Shown: positions 47,424 to 57,425 of the stretch, one piece after another
How positions within the stretch are numbered: position 1 is the first letter of the stretch
How the letters are laid out: the number at the start of each line of letters is the position of its first letter
Assembly (NCBI GenBank): GCA_963664405.1
Contig: OY761158.1
Location: 2,304,001-2,368,000, forward strand
Reading direction: 5' to 3'
DNA: 64,000 bases
Source: Thermoanaerobaculia bacterium
Lineage (GTDB): Bacteria > Acidobacteriota > Thermoanaerobaculia > Multivoradales > Multivoraceae
Made by a program: the position numbers and the translations under genes
Notes under the pieces: model-generated
The model's database searches: none
What the model was told of the DNA's origin: nothing
What the model saw: the letters and a program-made list of their open reading frames with translations, nothing else

Positions 47424-48701
47424 ATGAGCAGCCGCCTATCAGCCATCGTCCTTTCGCTCTCGGGCGCCCTTCTCGGAATCGGGCCGCTGGTCGCCCTGGC
47501 CGAGCTTCCCCCGTGCGACGCCGACAACGGCGGAATCCAACTGCCGGAAGGCTTCTGTGCCTTGGTGGTGGCGGACGATCTGGGTGCCGCTCGTCACCTG
47601 ATCGCAGCTCCCAACGGCGATCTCTTCGTCGCGATCAGGAACCAGCGCGAGCCGGGCGCGATTGTCGCACTGCGCGACACCGACGGGGACGGCAGAGCCG
47701 ATGTCCAAGAGCGCTTCGGCGACGACGGCGGCACCAGCATCCGGCTGCACAAGGGCTATCTCTATGTCGGTCGCACATCGGCCATCGTCAGATACCCGAT
47801 GACTCCGGGCAAGCTCGTTCCAGACGGGCCGGCAGAGGTCTTGGTAACTTTACCCGTCCAGAGGGCACACGCTGCCAAAGGGTTCGCCTTTGACGGAAAG
47901 GGCAGCATGTTCGTCAACGTCGGTGCGCCATCGAACGCCTGCCAGGACCCCGATCGCAAAGAGGGCGTGCCGGGGCAGGATCCATGCCCGCTGCTCGAGA
48001 AGCACGGCGGCATCTGGCGCTACGACGAGGCCAAGCCAGGGCAGGCCCATGATCCCGCCAAGCGATTCGCCACCGGCATGCGACAGAACTTCGCCATGGA
48101 CTGGCACCCGACGCGGGGCGGGCTCTATTTGGTGCAGCACGGGCGTGACCAGCTCAATACTCTGTGGCCCGACCTCTTCACGGCGGAGCAGAACGCGGAA
48201 CTTCCAGCCGAGGAGTTTCTTCGAGTCGAAGAAGGTTCGAACTTCGGCTGGCCCTACTGCTACTACGACTGGCAGCAGGGCAAACGGATGCTGCAACCGG
48301 AGTACGGAGGCGACGGCAAGACCGTAGGACGCTGCGATCAGTATCCGCTTCCGCTGATCGGCTTCCCAGGACACTGGGCGCCAAACGATCTGCGTTTCTA
48401 CAACGGCTCGCAATTCCCCGAGAAGTACCACGGCGGAGCCTTCATCGTCTTCCATGGATCATGGAACCGAGCTCCCCTACCGCAGGGAGGCTTCAACGTG
48501 GCCTTCGTCCCGTTCAAAGACGGCCGTCCTACCAACGGCGAGTACGAAATCTTCGCCGACGGCTTTGCCGGCGGAACGATCGTCGATCGTGACAGGGCCA
48601 CCTACAGGCCCTCGGGCATCGCAGTCGGACCGGACGGGAGCCTTTACATCGCCAACGACAAGACCGGCCGGATCTGGCGCGTCGTATACCGAGGACGGTA
48701 G
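47424..48701 (+). CDS. PQQ-dependent sugar/sorbosone dehydrogenase-family beta-propeller
   Basis: Signal peptide; LPEGF; DTDGDGRAD; GAPSN; GWPYCY; HWAP; FHGSWNR; RPSGIAVGPDGSLY. Confidence 0.88.
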   Translation: MSSRLSAIVLSLSGALLGIGPLVALAELPPCDADNGGIQLPEGFCALVVADDLGAARHLIAAPNGDLFVAIRNQREPGAIVALRDTDGDGRADVQERFGDDGGTSIRLHKGYLYVGRTSAIVRYPMTPGKLVPDGPAEVLVTLPVQRAHAAKGFAFDGKGSMFVNVGAPSNACQDPDRKEGVPGQDPCPLLEKHGGIWRYDEAKPGQAHDPAKRFATGMRQNFAMDWHPTRGGLYLVQHGRDQLNTLWPDLFTAEQNAELPAEEFLRVEEGSNFGWPYCYYDWQQGKRMLQPEYGGDGKTVGRCDQYPLPLIGFPGHWAPNDLRFYNGSQFPEKYHGGAFIVFHGSWNRAPLPQGGFNVAFVPFKDGRPTNGEYEIFADGFAGGTIVDRDRATYRPSGIAVGPDGSLYIANDKTGRIWRVVYRGR

Positions 48702-48742
48702 AGTCGCCGCCATCCGAAAACAAGAGAAGAGAGAGAGGCCCC

Positions 48743-49567
48743 ATGAAGCGAAGAACTCTACCCAGGGCACTGCTCACCACTGTCGCGATCGCCTTCGCGC
48801 TGACTCTCTGTATGAGAGGGCTCGAGGTCGGAGGAAGCGCCGAAGCAGCCACGATGAAACAAGAGCTCTACGAGCTCCGTGCCTACCGGGTCGCCGACGC
48901 CGGAAAGCAGGGAATCCTCCTTCGCTACCTCGAAAAGGGGCTCGTTCCGGCTCTCAACCGTGCCGGTATCGATCGCGTCGGAGTCTTCACCTCTGTCGAG
49001 GATCCCGAAGCGGATACCGAGGATCTCTCGGTCTACATGATCCTCCCTTTCGCGAGCGCTGACGCCTTCGTCGGGATACGCGGAAAGCTGGCGGCAGACA
49101 CCCAAAACACCGATGCGGCGGCCGAGTACTACGCCCAGCCCAAGGAGGCACCGATGTACACGCGGGTCGAGAACTGGCTGATGAAGGCTTTCGTCGGAAT
49201 GCCGGTTATGGAGCTGCCCAAGGAGGCGGCGGCCGGCGAGCCTCGCATCTATGAGGTCAGGATCTACGAGAGTTATAACAGCGAGATGGCGCGACTCAAG
49301 GTCGAGATGTTCAATAGCGGCGAGATCGAAGTCATGCGAGAGGTCGGACTGGCTCCGCTCCTCTATGGTGAGACTCTGACCGGGAACAATCTCCCCAATT
49401 TGATCTATATCCTCTCAGCGCCCGACATGAAATCGCACCAGGAGCATTGGAAGGCCTTCGGGCCTCACCCCGAATGGCAGCGCCTACGCGGAATGGAGAA
49501 ATACAAGGGGACAGTCTCGAAAATCGTCAACTTCTTCATCGAACCTACCGACTTCTCTCAGATCTGA
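48743..49567 (+). CDS. secreted NIPSNAP-family protein
   Basis: YELRAY; IYEVRIYES..KVEMFN.GE; PNLIY; W.AF..HPEW; FSQI. Confidence 0.85.
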   Translation: MKRRTLPRALLTTVAIAFALTLCMRGLEVGGSAEAATMKQELYELRAYRVADAGKQGILLRYLEKGLVPALNRAGIDRVGVFTSVEDPEADTEDLSVYMILPFASADAFVGIRGKLAADTQNTDAAAEYYAQPKEAPMYTRVENWLMKAFVGMPVMELPKEAAAGEPRIYEVRIYESYNSEMARLKVEMFNSGEIEVMREVGLAPLLYGETLTGNNLPNLIYILSAPDMKSHQEHWKAFGPHPEWQRLRGMEKYKGTVSKIVNFFIEPTDFSQI

Positions 49568-50406
49568 TGCCGCAGCTCGACGTTCTTCTCGACGGGCTCA
49601 CCTTTCCCGAGGGGCCGCGCTGGCACCAGAATCGCCTCTTCTTCTCCGACTTCTTCAGCCACCGAGTGGTGGCGGTAGACCAGTCGGGCGTGAGTGAGAC
49701 GATCTGCGAAGTTCCCAACCAGCCCTCGGGGCTGGGGTGGCTTCCCGACGGCAGGATGTTGGTGGTCTCGATGCTCGATCGGCGACTCATGCGCCTGGAC
49801 GGCGACGATCTCGTCGAGGCGGCGGACCTATCTGGGCTGGCGCCATTTACTTGCAACGACATGGTTGTCGACGCGGAAGGCCGGGCTTACGTCGGGAACT
49901 TCGGCTTCGATCTTTTTGCCGGGGAGGAGCCTTGCACCACCTGTCTCATCCGCGTTGATCCGGACGGGACGGCCAAGATCGTCGCTAACGATGTGTTCTT
50001 CCCGAACGGCTCGGTGATCACGCCCGACGGCACCACTCTGATCGTCGGCGAGAGTCGAGGGCAGCGTCTCAGCGCCTGGGAAGTGAGCGCGAACGGCGAT
50101 CTCGAAAAGCGAAGATTGTGGGCGGATCTGGGACAGAACATACCCGACGGCATATGTCTCGACGCCGAAGGGTGTGTATGGTCGGCGGACCCCCACCATA
50201 ACGAAGTGATCCGCGTCCGAGAAGGCGGAGAGGTCTTGCAGCGCGTCTCCACCGACCGAGGCGCCTACGCCTGCATGTTGGGGGGCGAGAATCGCAAGAC
50301 CCTCTTCGTGTGCACCAGCAAGCACTCCGGACCCGAAGCCGCCAAGCAGCTCAGTGGCCGCATCGAGTACTGCCGAGTCGAAGTGCCCGGCGCCGGCCTC
50401 CCCTGA
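49567..50406 (+). CDS. SMP-30/gluconolactonase/LRE-family protein
   Basis: FPEGPRW, PSGLGWLPDG, NDMVVD, FPNG, PDGICLDAEG. Confidence 0.9.
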   Translation: MPQLDVLLDGLTFPEGPRWHQNRLFFSDFFSHRVVAVDQSGVSETICEVPNQPSGLGWLPDGRMLVVSMLDRRLMRLDGDDLVEAADLSGLAPFTCNDMVVDAEGRAYVGNFGFDLFAGEEPCTTCLIRVDPDGTAKIVANDVFFPNGSVITPDGTTLIVGESRGQRLSAWEVSANGDLEKRRLWADLGQNIPDGICLDAEGCVWSADPHHNEVIRVREGGEVLQRVSTDRGAYACMLGGENRKTLFVCTSKHSGPEAAKQLSGRIEYCRVEVPGAGLP

Positions 50407-50455
50407 GGCGATCTGCTTCGACGGTCGGTGGCGCAAGGCCGGCCTCTTTCTGTGA

Positions 50456-51294
50456 CTAACCAAGGGCGTCTACTTGGTGTAAGTGGATGTCGGTTTGGGG
50501 GTAAGGAATCGAGCATCCGGCTGCCTCGAGGCCCTCTTTGACGCGGCGGTGGAGGTCGCAACGGAGTGACCAGTAGTCTTGCCTTCGGCACCAGGGGCGC
50601 GCCAAGAGATTCACCGAAGAATCGGCGAGCTCGCTGACCACCACGCTCGGAGCCGGCTCAGCCAATACCCGATCATCGTCTGCGAGGGTGCGCTCCAGGA
50701 AGCGAATCGCCTCACCGAAATCATCCGTATATGAGATGCCGACCGTGAGGTCGAGACGGCGGGTGGGGTTGATCGAGTAATTCTTCACCGTCTTCCCATA
50801 GATCAGCGAGTTGGGCGCCACAACTCGTATGTTGTCCGAGGTATTCAGCGACGACAAGAAGATCCCGACCTCTTCAACGGTGCCACTCACTCCGCCTGCT
50901 TCGATAAAGTCGCCTACTTTGAAGGGGCGAAAGACGAGGAGCATGATCCCTGAGGCGAAATTCGACAGCGTGCCCTGAAGCGCCAGGCCCACTGCGAAGC
51001 TCCCGGCTCCGAGGACAGCGACGATCGACGTCGTCTCGATACCGAAGACGCCAAGCACCGCAAGGACGACGAAGATCAACGTCGCCCAATAGACCAGGCT
51101 TGTAACAAAGATCTCGAGCGTCTGGTCGAGTCGGTTCGCTGGAACAGGCGGCGGAGGCTCCGCCGAACCGCGGCGGCGAATACCCAACCTCCCACCAATA
51201 GGGCCGCCGCGGCTGCCACGCGGAGGCCCCAGTAGGTGAGTAGCTCACGACTGTTGGTGAGTACCGAGGCAAGATCGAGCGTATTGCTTTCCAT
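50456..51294 (-). pseudogene. mscS: MscS small mechanosensitive channel with a 1-nt frameshift near 51132
   Basis: N-terminus MESNTLDL..RRLFQRT in one frame; LDQTLEIF..GLALQGTLSNFASG..RPFKVGD..IPYPQ in another. Confidence 0.8.
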
Positions 51295-51455
51295 TCTCTT
51301 CTCCTTGTTGACTGAGGACCCGCGCACCCAAACCTTGTCGACTAAGAAGGCGCTGGGGTCGTTTTTGGAAGACTCATGGGAATCTCGCCAGGTAACTTGC
51401 TCCCCGTTGGCAGGTGGGATAGAAAGCGAGAGCCCTAGATCGGGAAGACCCTCCC

Positions 51456-53558
51456 ATGACAGCAACGATCACCAAGCCCATCTTTAGCAGCCTTGCCGCT
51501 CTGGTAATGGCCTTGGCGATGAGCTCGCAGCTGCCGGCACAGTTTCCCGACCGACACGTCGACCTCGCCACGCTCTCGACTGACAGCGGTTCTCTTCTGC
51601 GAGCGCACGGATACACCTCGACAGGGGCGAGCGGCGTTCCGGTCGCGGGGGGTGTCGACCTCGACGGAGACGGTTTCCAAGACACGGCCTTCGCGGCGAT
51701 GCGTGCGTCTCCCTTCGGTCGTAACGAGGCGGGCGAGATCTATGCGGTCTTCGGCGACGGAACGCTCAGCGGCGCCCTCGACACCGCGGTGCCCCAGAAG
51801 CGGGTCCTGAGAATCGCCGGCAGCGCGAGTCACGAGAACGCCGGTAGCGAGTTATGGATGGAAGACGTCACCGGGGACGGGCTTGGCGACCTGCTGATCT
51901 GTCGTCAGAATCTCACCCCATCGGGGCGCACGGGCGCCGGCGGGTTGACCGTCCTGGTGGGAGGCTCCTGGATGCGCGAGCACGCGAACACACTCCAGCT
52001 TCTCGACCTCGACTCGCCTCCCGCCGCCGCGGTGATAACCACTGTGCTCGGCAGCGCCATACGCGAGCGCCTTGGAATCTGGGCTCGCACCGGAGATGTG
52101 ACCGGCGACGGCCTCGCCGACATCCTAGTCGGAGCCGATCAGTACGGGACCAGCCACAGTGGCGCCGCCTACCTGATTCGCGGCGGGCCACACCTGGCCG
52201 GTGGCGGCGTGTTGGACCTGGCCGATTTCGGTAATGGTGGACTGCCAGCCGCCTTCGCCGGTACCGTCGCTCGCATCCTCCCGCCGGCGGACTCGGATGA
52301 GTTTCACTTCGGAGCCACTGTGCAGATAGCGGACCTCGACGGCAACGGACGCGCCGAAGTTCTAGTTGCAGCGGCGTTGAACCGAGCAGGTGCCGCCTTA
52401 GCGCCACTCGGCGACACCTTCGCCCACGCCAGCGGCGGCTCGGCCAAAGGAACCCTCTATATCGGTTGGGATGAAGCTTTCGAGGGGAACTGGGAGGAAG
52501 GCTTCACCCGGACCATCAACGAGCCCCCAACGCTCGCTACCGTCATAGTCGGCGGAATCAGCAACAGGTCCTTCTCGGAAGAGATCCTCGGGGGACTCGA
52601 CTATGACTCGAACGGTACGGCGGATCTCTTTGTCGGAGACATCGTCGGCAACGGTCCCAACGGGCCCAATTCAGGCCTCGGATACGTCTTCTTCGACGCC
52701 GCAGATCTCCGTGGAAAGCTCTTCAGTGTCGACAACCCCCCAGAGGGGGTCGTCATGAGCACGATTTACGGACCAGGCGCAGGAACGATAAGCAGCGACA
52801 CCGCCGCCCACGGCGACTTCGACGGAGACGAGATCGCCGACCTGGCTATCGCCTCGCCTCACCACCATCCACTCGGACGCATCAGTGCCGGCACTGTTCA
52901 TATCCTCTCCGGCAAGGCCGGCGGCTGGCCCGCGATCATCGACCTGGCGGTCGGTGCCCTACCGCCTACGGCGCTGCTCAGCATCACCGAGATCGACGGT
53001 GCCAAGGGCACAAGCGGCAGTAGCCGCGGCGACACTCTGGCCTACTCGGCGGCCGCCGGCGACCTCGATGGCGACGGCTGCATGGACCTCATCATCAACG
53101 AGATGTTGGGGAATGGCGTTGCGCCCTCGGCGGTAGACGTCGGCAACCTGATCGTGGTCGGAGGAGAAGCTCTCGGCTGTATGCCGCCTCCCGGCGGCGG
53201 GGAGCCCTGTGTTGCCGGCGCGCACACCTTGTGTCTCAACGAAGACAGATTTCGAGTCGAGGTCGACTGGCGAGACTTCGCTCTGCGTGAGGGGCCGGGC
53301 AGAACCGTCCCCTTCGGATCCAACGACTCGGGCCTCTTCGAGTTCTTCCACGTAGGGAATTGGGAGATGCTCATCAAGGTCCTGGACGGCTGTACGATCA
53401 ACAATCACTTCTGGGTCTTCTTCGCTGCCGCCACCAACGTCGAGTTCACGGTGACGGTCACCGACACCGAGTCGGGCGACGTTCGGACCTACTTCAACCC
53501 GCTAGGCAGGGTTGCTGAAGCGGTTACCGAGACGGCGGCGTTTGCGACATGCCCTTGA
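51456..53558 (+). CDS. secreted FG-GAP (integrin-alpha-like) repeat protein with conserved C-terminal domain
   Basis: Multiple DxDGDG Ca-binding repeats; C-terminal LCL..RFRVEV.W..F.FF..NWEML.KVLDGC..N..FWVF..TNV.F..TVTDT..AF.TCP. Confidence 0.85.
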   Translation: MTATITKPIFSSLAALVMALAMSSQLPAQFPDRHVDLATLSTDSGSLLRAHGYTSTGASGVPVAGGVDLDGDGFQDTAFAAMRASPFGRNEAGEIYAVFGDGTLSGALDTAVPQKRVLRIAGSASHENAGSELWMEDVTGDGLGDLLICRQNLTPSGRTGAGGLTVLVGGSWMREHANTLQLLDLDSPPAAAVITTVLGSAIRERLGIWARTGDVTGDGLADILVGADQYGTSHSGAAYLIRGGPHLAGGGVLDLADFGNGGLPAAFAGTVARILPPADSDEFHFGATVQIADLDGNGRAEVLVAAALNRAGAALAPLGDTFAHASGGSAKGTLYIGWDEAFEGNWEEGFTRTINEPPTLATVIVGGISNRSFSEEILGGLDYDSNGTADLFVGDIVGNGPNGPNSGLGYVFFDAADLRGKLFSVDNPPEGVVMSTIYGPGAGTISSDTAAHGDFDGDEIADLAIASPHHHPLGRISAGTVHILSGKAGGWPAIIDLAVGALPPTALLSITEIDGAKGTSGSSRGDTLAYSAAAGDLDGDGCMDLIINEMLGNGVAPSAVDVGNLIVVGGEALGCMPPPGGGEPCVAGAHTLCLNEDRFRVEVDWRDFALREGPGRTVPFGSNDSGLFEFFHVGNWEMLIKVLDGCTINNHFWVFFAAATNVEFTVTVTDTESGDVRTYFNPLGRVAEAVTETAAFATCP

Positions 53559-55704
53559 GGTGGCCTTTGATCCCCAGCTCTAGTGCAACGTACCCCAAGC
53601 TCCTCAGCGCCTCCAGCTCCGGCCCGACTAGCTCGCTGGTCTCGTCGGTGAGCCCGAGTCGCTCTCTGATCTCGGCGTGGGCGATGCGCAGCTCTTCGAG
53701 ACGCGACTTCGCCATCGCGATCGACGCGTCGTCGACGGCGCGGGGCGCTCGCTCCAGCGGGTCCTCTTCGAGCGAGAAGAGCTCGCGCTCATCCGTCGTC
53801 AACGCTTCGATATATTTGAGGCCATCGACTACCACCGAGTGCCGCTCTCCGTAGTAGAGCACCCCTGAGCCGAGAATCGGAGCGGACGCCAGCTCTTCGG
53901 TGATCTCGCCGCGGAGGAACGGCACCAGACTCGGCGAAGTAAAAATCCTATCCTCGCCGGCGACTCCGGCCAGCTCGAGCAAAGTCGGAGTCAGGCTCTC
54001 TGTCGACACGTCGACATCGATCCGACGCCCAGGAGCCGAAACCTGTGCCCGACTCCCTCTCGGCAACTTGAAGATCAACGGTACCCGGACCAGCTCCTCG
54101 TAGAGAGTATGGCCATGTTCGACGCTGCCATGTTCCCAGAACTCCTCCCCGTGGTCGCTGGTCACGACGATCAGGCTATCGTCCCACAGACCCTGGTCAC
54201 GCACCGCGTCGAGCACCTCACCGAGGCTCGCATCTACGAACCGGGTCTCCGCCTCGTAGAGCCGCCGGACCCAGGCCTTCTCCTCTTCGTCGAGGCGCAA
54301 TTGGCCGGCGCGCACTTGACGCCAAGCGTCGAAGCGGGCCCCGACACCGGGATCGAGCTCTTGGGGCAGATACTCCGTTGGGGGCTCGTAGGGTTGATGG
54401 GGATCGAAGTAGTGGAGCCAGACCAGCAGTGACTCGTCGCCACGGCGTGTCTTGATCGCCTGGATCGCGAGCCTGGTGAGGTGGCGCGTCGAGCCGTCCC
54501 GCGGCACGCCGAGGACATGCAGCAGGAGCGATCCGAAGGAGAGCACCCGGAACTCGAAGAAGGGAAAGAAAAGATACTCGTCAAAGCCCTGCGCGATGTT
54601 CGAGCTGGGCATGAGGTGGGGATTGGTTCCCACTCCGACCGTACGATAGCCAGCCTCCTGTAGGGCCTCCGAGAAGGTGGTCACGCGATCAGGCAGGGTC
54701 GAGACCGGACGCACAACACCGTGGACAAGAGGAGAGAGCCCGGTGAAGAGCGACGACATCGAGGATCGGGTCCAAGGCCCCGGAGACCGCGCCCTTGAGA
54801 AAGCAATGCCCTCCTGCGACAGCCGGTCTAGGTTCGGAGTCAAGGCCATCCCGTCGCGCCGGGCGCCGACAACGTCGTGGCGGAGGGTGTCGATGGTGAT
54901 CAGAAGGATGAGGGCTGGCCGGTCCGTCGCCGGCGAGCCACGCCCTGCCAACGCCGCGCTTGCCAAGGGCTGCAGTAGCGGCGAGAGGAGGAGCACAATT
55001 GCGGCGCCGGCCGGAACGGCGATGGGAACTCTTTCCTTCCCGGAAACGGAGCGCCGCCTCGCCCAAGACCCGCCTGCTGCCAAGGACAGCAACCAGACCC
55101 CGACAAGGAACGAACCGACTAGCCACGATTCGTCCCAGCCGGGTCTGCTCCGCCACGCCGAAAGTAGGAGCACGGCCTCCGCGCTCAGCAGTGCCGCCAC
55201 CACTAACTTGGTGTCGTCGAGGAGCCACCGAGCCTGGGCACGATAGATCGACAGCGCACTCGCCCCACCGGCGAACAGCACCAACGCGACGAGAGCTGTG
55301 CTGAGCACCCAGAGCGACGTCGAGTCCCCGGACTCCACCAGCGACTCATGGGCCGCCCGTTCCTGAAGAGCCGTGGGAACTGCGATCGAGACGAGGACCG
55401 CCATTATTCCCAAGCCACCTCCTGCAGCGCGTCGCAGAGACTCGGATCGTCGACGCAGAGAGGCTTGGGTAGCGACAAAGAGACCACCGACGACGACCAG
55501 AGCCCCTGCAAGTCCCACTGCGAGCGACACCGAAGTGGCTTTCCCGCCCTGCAAGTCGCCAATCGTCAGAAAGAGACTCACTGCCACGTTGCAGCAGGCT
55601 GCCACCAGGCAATAGCAAAGAAGGGGCGAAAGCCTCATCCGCCGCCATCCTATCCGCCTCAGCCGCCACGCCCTCCAAACTGTTACCCACGTACTCGGCT
55701 CCAT
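53524..55704 (-). CDS. membrane-anchored sulfatase-like protein
   Basis: About 7 N-terminal TM segments; IDTLRHD, WTRSSM, FDPH, SDHGEEF, LRSLGYV. Confidence 0.82.
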   Translation of the reverse strand: MEPSTWVTVWRAWRLRRIGWRRMRLSPLLCYCLVAACCNVAVSLFLTIGDLQGGKATSVSLAVGLAGALVVVGGLFVATQASLRRRSESLRRAAGGGLGIMAVLVSIAVPTALQERAAHESLVESGDSTSLWVLSTALVALVLFAGGASALSIYRAQARWLLDDTKLVVAALLSAEAVLLLSAWRSRPGWDESWLVGSFLVGVWLLSLAAGGSWARRRSVSGKERVPIAVPAGAAIVLLLSPLLQPLASAALAGRGSPATDRPALILLITIDTLRHDVVGARRDGMALTPNLDRLSQEGIAFSRARSPGPWTRSSMSSLFTGLSPLVHGVVRPVSTLPDRVTTFSEALQEAGYRTVGVGTNPHLMPSSNIAQGFDEYLFFPFFEFRVLSFGSLLLHVLGVPRDGSTRHLTRLAIQAIKTRRGDESLLVWLHYFDPHQPYEPPTEYLPQELDPGVGARFDAWRQVRAGQLRLDEEEKAWVRRLYEAETRFVDASLGEVLDAVRDQGLWDDSLIVVTSDHGEEFWEHGSVEHGHTLYEELVRVPLIFKLPRGSRAQVSAPGRRIDVDVSTESLTPTLLELAGVAGEDRIFTSPSLVPFLRGEITEELASAPILGSGVLYYGERHSVVVDGLKYIEALTTDERELFSLEEDPLERAPRAVDDASIAMAKSRLEELRIAHAEIRERLGLTDETSELVGPELEALRSLGYVALELGIKGHLKGMSQTPPSR

Positions 55705-55776
55705 CTGAATCTGTACTTGTTTCGGCCTCGGTGCAAAGATTGACTTTGCAGCCAGACAGCCGAAAGGAAGGAAACG

Positions 55777-56184
55777 ATGAGAATCCCGTTATTTCAGGTC
55801 GATACCTTCAGCTCAAAGCCGTTCAGTGGCAACCCGGCGGCGGTCTGCCCTCTAACCGAGTGGTTGGCCGATGACCTCATGCAGTCGATCGCACTGGAGA
55901 ACAATCTCTCGGAGACCGCCTTCTTCATGCCGAAAGAAGACGGCTATCACCTGCGTTGGTTCACTCCCGTAACCGAAGTCGCCCTCTGCGGCCACGCTAC
56001 AGTGGCCGCCGCCCACTGCACCCTGGCTCCCTACTGGGTCGGCCAATTGGGACGCAACCTTCTACAGGCGCGCCAGATCTCGTCCCGCGGCGGGGACCTC
56101 CTCGTCGAATCGGCCGGCGACAGAGTCCGGATCACTGGAGCCTGTGTCGACTACCTCGAGGGCAGCCTGCACCTGCAAGGGTGA
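55777..56184 (+). pseudogene. PhzF-family epimerase with large in-frame internal deletion
   Basis: VDTF..GNPAAV..NLSETAF..LRWFTP..LCGHAT joined directly to AHCTLAPYW..SSRGG; 135 aa versus about twice that normally. Confidence 0.75.
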
Positions 56185-56194
56185 GCGCGACCGG

Positions 56195-56941
56195 CTAGCT
56201 CACGATCCTGCCGTCCGACAGCTGGACGACCTTCTTGGTGTGCTCTGCGATCTCGCTTTCGTGGGTTACGACGATCACGGTCGTGCCCGCCACCGACAGC
56301 TCATCGAAGAGCCGCATGATGTCCTCGGCGGTCTTCGAATCGAGATTGCCCGTCGGCTCGTCCGCCAGCAGGATCGAGGGAGCGTTGACGAGAGCTCTGG
56401 CGATCGCCACACGCTGGCGCTGCCCACCTGAGAGCTCATTCGGCCGGTGACCGACTCGATCCGCAAGGCCCACTCGCTCGAGCGCCTCGGTGGCGCGTCG
56501 ACGCCGCTCCTGCAACTTGAGGTCGCTGTATTCGAGTGGGACCTCGACATTACTCCGTGCATCAAGCCTCGGCAGAAGGTTGAAGCTCTGAAAAACGAAA
56601 CCGATCGCCTCGTTGCGCAAGGCGGAAAGAGTGTCATCTTCGAGGTCGTGAACCGGCAAACCGCCGAGTCTGTAGCTTCCCTCCGTCGGGGTATCGAGGC
56701 AGCCGATGATGTTCATCAGCGTCGATTTTCCGCTACCCGAGGTGCCGGAGATGGCTACGTAGTCACCCGACGCCAGCTCCAAGTCGATCCCATCGAGCGC
56801 GCGTATCTCGCTGCCACCGACTCGATAGACCTTATGGATATCCCGCAGCTCGATGAGCGTCTCGCTCACGCCTTCGGGAACGGCGAGACGATCCGGCAAG
56901 ATTGCCGATCCGGCGCTCGGTCTGCTCATTTCGCTACTCAT
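56195..56941 (-). CDS. LolD/MacB-type ABC transporter ATP-binding protein
   Basis: GTSGSGKST, FVFQSFNLL, LSGGQRQRVAIARAL, DEPTGNLD, VTHE. Confidence 0.92.
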   Translation of the reverse strand: MSSEMSRPSAGSAILPDRLAVPEGVSETLIELRDIHKVYRVGGSEIRALDGIDLELASGDYVAISGTSGSGKSTLMNIIGCLDTPTEGSYRLGGLPVHDLEDDTLSALRNEAIGFVFQSFNLLPRLDARSNVEVPLEYSDLKLQERRRRATEALERVGLADRVGHRPNELSGGQRQRVAIARALVNAPSILLADEPTGNLDSKTAEDIMRLFDELSVAGTTVIVVTHESEIAEHTKKVVQLSDGRIVS

Positions 56942-57104
56942 AACGGAGGGCATCGATCGGATCGACCCATCTCGATGAGTCCCGGGTCGATGTCCCGCCC
57001 GCGGCAAGAGGGCCATAATAGAGAGCTTGGCAAGTGCCGTACCATTCTCCTACCAAGCTACGGGCATACTGATATGACCGCCTAGAACCTCGTGGAGGAG
57101 ACGC

Positions 57105-57425
57105 ATGAAAGTAATCGCGGACATCTGTGTAGTTCCCATCGGTGTGGGAGTGTCGGTGTCGCGCTATATAGCGGTCTGCGAGACCGTACTGGAGGAAGCC
57201 GGTCTGAGGCCGCGACTCCACGCCTACGGCACCAATGTCGAAGGAGAGTGGGAAGAGGTGTTCGCGGCAATCAAGGCTTGTCACGAAAGGGTCCACGAGA
57301 TGGGGGCACCGCGGATCTCTTCGACTCTGCGCTTCGGCACCCGCATCGATCGTGACCAGACCCTGGAGGAGAAGGTTCGCAGCGTCGAGGAGAGGTTAGG
57401 GCAAGATTCACCTCGATTGCCGTGA
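57105..57425 (+). CDS. MTH1187/YkoF thiamine-binding-family protein
   Basis: VVPIG..SVSRYI..HAYGTNVEGEW..APRI..GTRIDR..EEKVRSV. Confidence 0.9.
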   Translation: MKVIADICVVPIGVGVSVSRYIAVCETVLEEAGLRPRLHAYGTNVEGEWEEVFAAIKACHERVHEMGAPRISSTLRFGTRIDRDQTLEEKVRSVEERLGQDSPRLP

